This document shows, piece after piece, positions 24,729 through 31,081 of a stretch of 32,000 nucleotides of DNA (position 1 is its first letter; each line of letters begins with the position of its first letter). The translations under genes and the position numbers were made by a program. Source of the stretch: Alphaproteobacteria bacterium (GTDB lineage Bacteria > Pseudomonadota > Alphaproteobacteria > Rs-D84 > CASDRH01); NCBI GenBank assembly GCA_025210155.1, contig JAOASE010000006.1, positions 79,678 to 111,677 of the forward strand, read 5' to 3'. The notes under the pieces are model-generated. The model made no database searches. It had not been told where the DNA came from and was given only the letters and a program-made list of their open reading frames with translations.

Positions 24729-26441
24729 TTATTTTTTAGATTTAGCTTCTTCTAAAGCAACGCCTAAGATATCACCTAATACAGCACCTGTTTCAGATGA
24801 ACCATATTTTTCCATAGCTTTTCTTTCTTCGTCAGCTTCTAAAGCTTTAACAGATAGTTTGATTTTACCTGTTTTCTTTTCTACTGAAACAACCTTAGCA
24901 TCGATTTTTTCACCTTCTGCGAAACGATCAGTTCTTTGTTCGCTTCTTTCTTTTGAAAGGTCGATCTTTTTGATTGTAGCTTCAGTACCTTCAACTTCAA
25001 CAGTTAATTCTTTTTCATCAATTGCTTTGATTACACAAGTAACTGTAGCGCCTTTTCTTAATCCTTCAACTGAAGAACTTGCTTTAGACTCGTCCATTTG
25101 TTTAATACCTAAAGAAATTCTTTGGTTTTCTAAATCTATATCTAGGATTTTAGCTTCTATTTCTTGATCTTTAGAGAAGTCTTTGATTGCTTCTTCGCCA
25201 GATTTTTCCCAAGAAATATCAGATAAGTGAACCATACCAGTTAGGTCATCACCAAGGTCAACGAATATACCGAATTCAGTAACGTTTTTGATTTTACCTT
25301 TGATAACATCGCCAACTTTATTTGAATCGCCATATTTAGCCCATGGGTTTTCACTACATTGTTTTAGACCTAAAGAAATTCTTCTTTTAACTTCGTCAAT
25401 TTCTAGAACTAGAACTTCAACTTCATCACCAATAGAAACTACTTTTGATGGGTGAATATTTTTGTTAGTCCAGCTTAATTCTGATGAGTGGATAAGACCT
25501 TCAACACCAGTTTCAAGTTCGATGAATGCACCGTAATCAGCCAAGTTAGTTACTTTACCTTTTACTTTGTTACCTGCTTTAATATCAGATGACATAGCTT
25601 CCCAAGGATCTTTTTCTAATTGTTTCATACCTAGAGATACTTTTTGAGATTCTTCATCATAGCTAATTACTTTAACTTTGATGTTTTGACCTAGAGAAAG
25701 TACTTCTGATGGGTTGAATATTCTTTTCCATGAAATATCTGTAACGTGAAGAAGACCGTCAACACCACCTAAGTCTACGAATACACCGTAGTCTGTGATA
25801 TTTTTAACAACACCATCTAATACATCACCAACTTTAATAGTTTTGATAATTTCAGCTCTTTGTTTTGTTCTTTCTTCTTCTAAGATAGCTCTGTGTGAAA
25901 CGATGATGTTAGATCTAACTCTATCCATTTTAAGAACTAGAACGTCTAATTCTTTACCAACCATAGCATTTAAATCTTTAACTGGAACGATATCGATTTG
26001 AGAACCTGGCATAAATGCGATTAAGCCGTCAACATCAACTGAGAAACCACCTTTAATTCTATCAAGAAGTCTACCTTTAATAATAGTACCTTCTTCTTGG
26101 ATTTTTTCTAGTTTAACCCAAACTTCTTCTCTTCTAGCTTTTTCTCTAGAAAGAACGATTGAACCATCTCTTGTTTCATATCTATCTACGAATACATCTA
26201 CTAGATCGCCAACTTTAATTTCGTCATTTCCGAATTCTCTTTTAGAGATTTTACCTTCTGATTTAAGACCTGCGTCTACAACAACACAGTCTTCATCTGT
26301 TGAAACTACAACACCTTTTACTACAGCACCTTGTACTTTAGCATTTTTTTGATCGTCAAATAGAGATTCAAAGTTTTCAGCATTGAAGTCATTTTCATTG
26401 ATTTCTGGTAAATTGAAATCAAATACATTTTTTTTAACCAT
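24729..26441 (-). CDS. rpsA: 30S ribosomal protein S1
   Basis: 570 aa with six S1 (OB-fold) repeats. Examples are 'GAVVKGVVVS', 'GDVLDGVVKNITDYGVFVDLGGVDGLLHVTDISW' and 'GNKVKGKVTNLADYGAFIELETGVEGLIHSSELSW'. Confidence 0.97.
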   Translation of the reverse strand: MVKKNVFDFNLPEINENDFNAENFESLFDDQKNAKVQGAVVKGVVVSTDEDCVVVDAGLKSEGKISKREFGNDEIKVGDLVDVFVDRYETRDGSIVLSREKARREEVWVKLEKIQEEGTIIKGRLLDRIKGGFSVDVDGLIAFMPGSQIDIVPVKDLNAMVGKELDVLVLKMDRVRSNIIVSHRAILEEERTKQRAEIIKTIKVGDVLDGVVKNITDYGVFVDLGGVDGLLHVTDISWKRIFNPSEVLSLGQNIKVKVISYDEESQKVSLGMKQLEKDPWEAMSSDIKAGNKVKGKVTNLADYGAFIELETGVEGLIHSSELSWTNKNIHPSKVVSIGDEVEVLVLEIDEVKRRISLGLKQCSENPWAKYGDSNKVGDVIKGKIKNVTEFGIFVDLGDDLTGMVHLSDISWEKSGEEAIKDFSKDQEIEAKILDIDLENQRISLGIKQMDESKASSSVEGLRKGATVTCVIKAIDEKELTVEVEGTEATIKKIDLSKERSEQRTDRFAEGEKIDAKVVSVEKKTGKIKLSVKALEADEERKAMEKYGSSETGAVLGDILGVALEEAKSKK

Positions 26442-26696
26442 TGATTAATTCTTCCGAATTTGGCCAGACCTCCAAGCGCTTTTGGTAAGAAAATTTATTG
26501 ATTACCAGCACTTCTTTCCAAAACATTTTTAATGTTTTTTCAGAGCGGACTTGCATGAATTATTTTTTATATTGAATTAGCCATGCCACAAAATACAATA
26601 TTGTTTGAGTGTCATTATATATATAAGTTTAGAAGAGTCAAGGGGAAAGACCATTTTTTAACTATTTTTTATGGAGCTTATTTAACATAATAAAAT

Positions 26697-26725
26697 TTGA
26701 CTTATTTAGCCTTTTATGATACAAT
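26697..26725 (+). promoter_or_regulatory. Sigma70-like promoter candidate for the T4SS operon
   Basis: TTGACT (26697-26702), a 17-nt spacer, then TACAAT (26720-26725). RBS GGAGGGA lies at 26743-26749 and the lipoprotein ATG at 26758. Confidence 0.45.
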
Positions 26726-26757
26726 TTTTTTAATATAACGATGGAGGGATATTCAAA

Positions 26758-26910
26758 ATGAATAAATTTATGATACTTACAGTTCTTATGCTTACTGCTC
26801 TTTCAGGATGTGGAACTATATATGAGCCAGATCCGGTTGGCACAGGCTATGACATAAACGAACTTAAATTATCTCCTTGTGCTTGCATGCAAGTAATGAA
26901 CCTTGCATAA
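26758..26910 (+). CDS. 50-aa lipoprotein, VirB7-like by size, lipobox and position
   Basis: Absent from the ORF track because it is under 60 aa. ATG at 26758, TAA at 26908-26910. The sequence is MNKFMILTVLMLTALSGCGTIYEPDPVGTGYDINELKLSPCACMQVMNLA. The lipobox is LSGC. A strong RBS lies 8 nt upstream. It sits immediately upstream of the VirB8-like and VirB9-like genes. Confidence 0.5.
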   Translation: MNKFMILTVLMLTALSGCGTIYEPDPVGTGYDINELKLSPCACMQVMNLA

Positions 26911-26930
26911 GTCCTTTTAAAGGAATAAAC

Positions 26931-27836
26931 ATGGGCAATAAAAAGGATAATATCAAAAAAGATAAATATCAAGAAACCCCTATATATCCAACAGAATTTC
27001 ACACGAGAACCTTTCCTCAAAGAGTTTATATTTGGATTATAGAGAGGTTTGTTTCTATTGCCTGCATACTTGTTCTTTTGTCTGCAATTCAAGCTATTTA
27101 TATATTTGCCAAAATCAGCACAGTTGAAAAGTCTAACATATATTTTGTATATTGGGATGAATATGAAAATAGATTTAAAGAAAAAGAATTTATTGATGAA
27201 TTCCATAAAAACGAAGTGAAAATACCTATATATCAAATAACCGCTCAAGAAACTTTAGAAAAGGCTGTTGTTGATAGATATCAAATATCATCCAATGAAA
27301 TAAATAATGAAAAAAAATGGTGCGGGTGTGAAAAAGAAATATTAGATAGAAAAAAAGCAGCTATATTTACTGATGACTGTTTTATATGTAGACATTCATC
27401 AAATAATGAATGGACAATATTCTCGAATGGCATTCTTCAGGAAAACTTAGAAATATTTAACTCTGGAAAAACTAGAAAAGTTGTTTTATTAGAAACAAAT
27501 ATTCTGAATAGTTATGATGCGTATCTTAGACCTAAAGAAACATTTTTTAATAAAATTGCTACGGAGGCTATGAATTTCTTTAATGTTACCAAAAAGAAAG
27601 AAGAATTTCTTGCTCAATATATTATGGAAGTCAAATTTGCATTGATACAATATGATAAAAATGGGAAAAAAGAATGGGCGGAGATATTATCCTCAATAGC
27701 CCAGATAACTTCTAGAAGTAAGGATTATGGAGACAGAGTTTATGGATTCGTAATAGATGAGCTAGATACTAATTTTGTACCTCAAAAAGAGATGTACTTT
27801 AAAAAATATTTAGAGGAGTTAAGAAATTATGAATAA
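26931..27836 (+). CDS. Bitopic inner-membrane protein, VirB8/DotI-fold-like paralog 1 (most divergent)
   Basis: 301 aa from the ATG at 26931, with RBS AAAGGAA upstream; the track start at 26877 overlaps the lipoprotein gene. It has a short basic N-terminus and the TM segment 'VYIWIIERFVSIACILVLLSAIQAIYIFA'. The periplasmic domain has an alpha1-like helix 'QETLEKAVVDRYQISSNE'. A CGC...CFIC four-Cys cluster is present. The C-terminal 'RVYGFVIDEL' parallels the NPLGF motif of paralog 3. Confidence 0.45.
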   Translation: MGNKKDNIKKDKYQETPIYPTEFHTRTFPQRVYIWIIERFVSIACILVLLSAIQAIYIFAKISTVEKSNIYFVYWDEYENRFKEKEFIDEFHKNEVKIPIYQITAQETLEKAVVDRYQISSNEINNEKKWCGCEKEILDRKKAAIFTDDCFICRHSSNNEWTIFSNGILQENLEIFNSGKTRKVVLLETNILNSYDAYLRPKETFFNKIATEAMNFFNVTKKKEEFLAQYIMEVKFALIQYDKNGKKEWAEILSSIAQITSRSKDYGDRVYGFVIDELDTNFVPQKEMYFKKYLEELRNYE

Positions 27837-28656
27837 AGCTCCTGAATTTAAATTGATATCTTTCATTGTTGTTATAGTAGCCCTTATAATGATGCTGTTG
27901 AATTCTGTATTGACTATATTTATTTTTGATATGACAAAAGGGTTTCAAACTGGTGACTTAAAAAGCCTATCAATAACTGGATTAAAAACCAAGGAAGCAA
28001 TAATACCTAAAGAAATTGAAATATATTCATCTTCTGAAAATATGTTCAATGCCATACCTATGTCCAACAACATATCTCAAGAGAAGAAAACTCAATTTAT
28101 CCAAAAGCTTATAAAACAATATCTTATAACTAGATATACAATAAATGGAAATCAATTCTTAATGAATAAGAACATGGGGGAGATGCATCTCAAGCATAAA
28201 AAAGGATGTCCTAGAAAACTTGTCAGTCCTATTTATATGTGGAGCATGACATTTTCTGATGCTGGAGAAAGAAAATATCCTTCCGTTTTAGGTAGCGGAG
28301 CTAAAGATGATGCATCTCAAGCCTGGATAGAATTTCTTGAAAAAGAAGTTCCAGACATAAAATCTAAAATGAATGCTGGAATAACTAGATCTGTTGAAAT
28401 ACTTCAAGTTCCATATAAAGACGGAGATTGGTGGAAAACAAAAATTAGATTGATATATAGAAATGATATAGAATTTACTAGAGAAGTTTACGAAGATTTC
28501 AATATATCTATGGAAGTTATTTTTGCACCAAAAGATAAGAAATTACTAAAAAAAGAACACTATCCATTTAGGCTAGCAAACCTTGCGGAAAGCTTTGGAG
28601 ATCCTTATATTATGTTTGGATTTCATGTAATACAACTAGTTAAAGAAAAAGAATAA
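27829..28656 (+). CDS. Bitopic inner-membrane protein, VirB8/DotI-fold-like paralog 2
   Basis: 275 aa. Its start overlaps the upstream stop by 8 nt (ATGAATAA). The TM segment is 'LISFIVVIVALIMMLLNSVLTIFIF'. The alpha1-like helix is 'TQFIQKLIKQYLITRYTINGN'. The beta region reads 'ITRSVEILQVPYKDGDWWKTKIRLIYRN'. The C-terminal motif is 'GDPYIMFGFHVIQL'. Confidence 0.5.
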   Translation: MNKAPEFKLISFIVVIVALIMMLLNSVLTIFIFDMTKGFQTGDLKSLSITGLKTKEAIIPKEIEIYSSSENMFNAIPMSNNISQEKKTQFIQKLIKQYLITRYTINGNQFLMNKNMGEMHLKHKKGCPRKLVSPIYMWSMTFSDAGERKYPSVLGSGAKDDASQAWIEFLEKEVPDIKSKMNAGITRSVEILQVPYKDGDWWKTKIRLIYRNDIEFTREVYEDFNISMEVIFAPKDKKLLKKEHYPFRLANLAESFGDPYIMFGFHVIQLVKEKE

Positions 28657-28688
28657 GTTTTACAAGGTTTTAAATAGGGGTAAAATTC

Positions 28689-28717
28689 TTGTAAAAAATC
28701 TCATTTTCTGTTATAAT
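28689..28717 (+). promoter_or_regulatory. Possible internal sigma70-like promoter upstream of VirB8-like paralog 3
   Basis: TTGTAA (28689-28694), a 17-nt spacer, then TATAAT (28712-28717), in the 81-nt gap before the ATG at 28738. The AT-rich background makes this weak evidence. Confidence 0.3.
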
Positions 28718-28737
28718 TGTTTTTGGTAGGGAAAAAC

Positions 28738-29472
28738 ATGAGCGAGAATAAAGTTAAAATAAAAAATACAAAGACTATGTCTGAGGAAAAAAAATTCTTT
28801 TGGATTTCAAAAGTTCTTTTTCTATTTACAGCCATAGCTGCCATTTCAAATATAATTTTATTCTTTGTCGCAACAAACTTAGTTCCAAATATTAAAGTTC
28901 AACCATTCTTTATTGAGAGTAAAAATTTAGCTGAAAAAGATATTTTAGTATACAAAGATTATAGAAAAGACCTATCTAGAAGAAATGTTAAGAATGAACA
29001 AGAATTCTATAAAATAAAACCAAATTCAGCGTCATTTAAAATTGCAGAAAACAATATCAAAAAATATATCATAGATAGAGAAACAATTGTAAGAGATACT
29101 GAGTCTATGTTTAATAACTGGGGAAATGAAAGTGATGTATTTTATTTTTCTTCAGAAGAAATATATAAAAAGTTTTCTGAGACTAAAACCTTTAGATCTG
29201 TAATTGAACAACAAAGAGATCTTGGCTGGAATAAGATTGTTGAAATAAAAGAGCTTAAATTTCATTCTAGAGCAAATGAATGGATAGCTGATGTTATATT
29301 TAGATATATTCAACCAAATGGAATGCCTTTCAAAACTCTTGAGAAAAGGATAGTTCTTGAAGTTGGTTTCAACCTTAACGAATTAAAAAGAAATAAAGAC
29401 AACATGTATAAAAATCCTTTAGGATTTACTGTTGAAAAATACTTTTATACTTCAGTTAACAAGGCACCATAG
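28738..29472 (+). CDS. virB8: VirB8-family (TrbF/DotI-fold) T4SS inner-membrane protein, paralog 3
   Basis: 244 aa from the ATG at 28738, with RBS AGGGA upstream; the track start at 28717 is a TTG. It has a cytoplasmic N-terminus and the TM segment 'FFWISKVLFLFTAIAAISNIILFFVA'. The alpha1-like helix is 'KIAENNIKKYIIDRETIVRD'. The beta region reads 'NKIVEIKELKFHSRANEWIADVIFRY'. The C-terminal 'KNPLGFTVEKYFY' matches the VirB8 'NP.G..V..Y' motif as I recall it. It lies directly upstream of the virB9-like gene. Confidence 0.65.
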   Translation: MSENKVKIKNTKTMSEEKKFFWISKVLFLFTAIAAISNIILFFVATNLVPNIKVQPFFIESKNLAEKDILVYKDYRKDLSRRNVKNEQEFYKIKPNSASFKIAENNIKKYIIDRETIVRDTESMFNNWGNESDVFYFSSEEIYKKFSETKTFRSVIEQQRDLGWNKIVEIKELKFHSRANEWIADVIFRYIQPNGMPFKTLEKRIVLEVGFNLNELKRNKDNMYKNPLGFTVEKYFYTSVNKAP

Positions 29473-29489
29473 TTGTTGCTAAAAAAGTC

Positions 29490-29519
29490 TTGTTTAGAAC
29501 ACCTATTTTGTAGTATAAT
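29490..29519 (+). promoter_or_regulatory. Possible internal sigma70-like promoter upstream of the VirB9-like gene
   Basis: TTGTTT (29490-29495), an 18-nt spacer, then TATAAT (29514-29519). RBS AAGGAAGGA precedes the ATG at 29544. Confidence 0.3.
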
Positions 29520-29543
29520 AGTTTTAAAAGGAAGGAAATTAAA

Positions 29544-31064
29544 ATGAAAAAGATCTTTTTATTTTTAGGAGCTTTAAATCTTTGCTTATTTTCTGGAAAT
29601 AGCAAATCTTTTGCTGAGGGAGAATATACAAATTCTGGATTTGGTACTCAAACTGCATGGAGCAACCCAGAACAAAATATTGGTGAAGGACAAATTAAAC
29701 CTGGATATGCCAGAATAGATTGGGAACCAGGAAAAGTTATGCCTGTTAGATTGAGAGATGGTATGATAACTCTTATAAATCTACCTACTTGGGAAAAGAT
29801 TGAAGATGCATATATTGGAGATAAGGACTTCTTCGATGGTAGAGCTGTGGAAAAAAATACCTTCATGATATCTCCTGTTGATGGAAGATCAGTGGCTGAT
29901 ACAAATATGGTTCTATTTGGTAAATCTGGTAATAAATATGTCTTCTATCTTAAATCAGAACCAATTAATACTGGAACTATAACTAATTCTGAAATCGAGA
30001 TTATAGTTCCTAATTCTTACAAAGGTAAAAAATCCGTTATTGGAGGAGCTTCTTCTAGTGCTGGTAAATCAAATTTAACTTCTCTATTTGCTAAATCAGC
30101 ATCTGGATCTGCCGGTGATGAAGCTTGGGAAGGTGAAGATTTTGGTTGGATTAAAAATATACCTGTTGACCCATCTCAATTTAGATTCGATATGGATATA
30201 TTTGTTCCAAATCCTGATGATTATGTAATCGCACCTGAAAGAGTTTGGAGAGATAAAATCTTTACTTACATTGATTTTGGTGAAAAAGCTTTACACATGA
30301 ACCAAAGACCAGCTGTTTCAATACTTGTTGAAGGTGGTGAAGCGCCTGTTGGATTTAGAACTGAAGGACCTCTTTCTAGATTAATAGTTGTTGAAGCTAT
30401 TGGTGACTTTGTTCTTAGATCTGGTCAAAGAATTGTATGTATTAAGAAAAGATCTAAGCCGTTCTTAGCTTCTGCTCCAACAATAAATAGTAACTTTACT
30501 CTACCTCAATCAGTAAAGAACTTAGCTAATGGTAATTATACAAATATTCAAACACAATCTGCTGTTTCGCAAGAAGTTAACAATGGACAAGCTGGCTTTG
30601 GGTTCTTCAATCCAAATTCAATGCCTGCCATAAATAATGTGACCTCTCAACAAAGCAATTTCCAAACATCTTCTAGTTATACTCAAGTAAACTATGATGA
30701 AGAGTACAGAAGAAATGATGCAAGAACAAATGGATCTTATCTGCCAGATCATTACGTTCCTTTAGTTGAGCAAAAGACTGTTTCTTACGCTGTTGAAATT
30801 AAAAAAGGCGATTCAATAAAAGAATTAGAAAAATCTTGGGAAGCAATGTCTGCTGGAAAAGGAAATATGCTTTCTAGATACCAAGATAGAGTTTTCTATT
30901 CTCTTGAAGACGAAGGCGTTGATGAGTTAGGTTCTAATCTATACCATGGAAATGAAGTTTATAGATTAAGAATTGGACCATTTGAAGAAATTGATGAACC
31001 AGATGAACTTTGTAAAAAACTTTCTGGATTTAGAATTAATTGTAAAGTTGTTAGAATTCAATAA
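29544..31064 (+). CDS. virB9: VirB9/TrbG/CagX-family T4SS outer-membrane core protein fused to a Q/N/S-rich linker and a C-terminal SPOR domain
   Basis: 506 aa. Signal 'FLFLGALNLCLFSGNSKSFA/EG'. The VirB9 N-domain pattern is 'GKVMPVRLRDGMITLINLPTWEKIEDAYIGDKDFFDGRAVEKNTFMISPVDGRSVADTNMVLFGKSGNKYVFYLKSE'. The VirB9 C-domain pattern is 'APERVWRDKIFTYIDFGEKALHMNQRPAVSILVEGGEAPVGFRTEGPLSRLIVVEAIGDFVLRSGQRIVCIKKR'. The low-complexity linker spans about aa 304-412. The SPOR-like end is 'YAVEIKKGDSIKELEKSWEAMS...EVYRLRIGPFEEIDEPDELCKKLSGFRINCKVVRIQ'. Confidence 0.8.
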   Translation: MKKIFLFLGALNLCLFSGNSKSFAEGEYTNSGFGTQTAWSNPEQNIGEGQIKPGYARIDWEPGKVMPVRLRDGMITLINLPTWEKIEDAYIGDKDFFDGRAVEKNTFMISPVDGRSVADTNMVLFGKSGNKYVFYLKSEPINTGTITNSEIEIIVPNSYKGKKSVIGGASSSAGKSNLTSLFAKSASGSAGDEAWEGEDFGWIKNIPVDPSQFRFDMDIFVPNPDDYVIAPERVWRDKIFTYIDFGEKALHMNQRPAVSILVEGGEAPVGFRTEGPLSRLIVVEAIGDFVLRSGQRIVCIKKRSKPFLASAPTINSNFTLPQSVKNLANGNYTNIQTQSAVSQEVNNGQAGFGFFNPNSMPAINNVTSQQSNFQTSSSYTQVNYDEEYRRNDARTNGSYLPDHYVPLVEQKTVSYAVEIKKGDSIKELEKSWEAMSAGKGNMLSRYQDRVFYSLEDEGVDELGSNLYHGNEVYRLRIGPFEEIDEPDELCKKLSGFRINCKVVRIQ

Positions 31065-31081
31065 TTTCATAAGGAAATAAA

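Noticed and set aside
24670-25167. 165-aa plus-strand ORF
   Set aside because: It is entirely antisense to rpsA, which is unambiguous with six S1 domains. Its Ser/Leu-rich composition is typical of antisense frames.
26451-26560. Possible SRP (4.5S) or other small RNA gene in the GC-richer part of the rpsA upstream region
   Set aside because: I compared it by eye with the conserved SRP domain IV sequence (GGUCC-GGAA-GGAAGCAGC). Only scattered matches appear, and the segment abuts the rpsA RBS and start. An rpsA 5' leader is the simpler explanation.
26847-27248. 133-aa minus-strand ORF
   Set aside because: It is antisense to VirB8-like paralog 1 and overlaps the lipoprotein gene. It has no RBS and Phe/Ile-rich AT-bias-driven composition.
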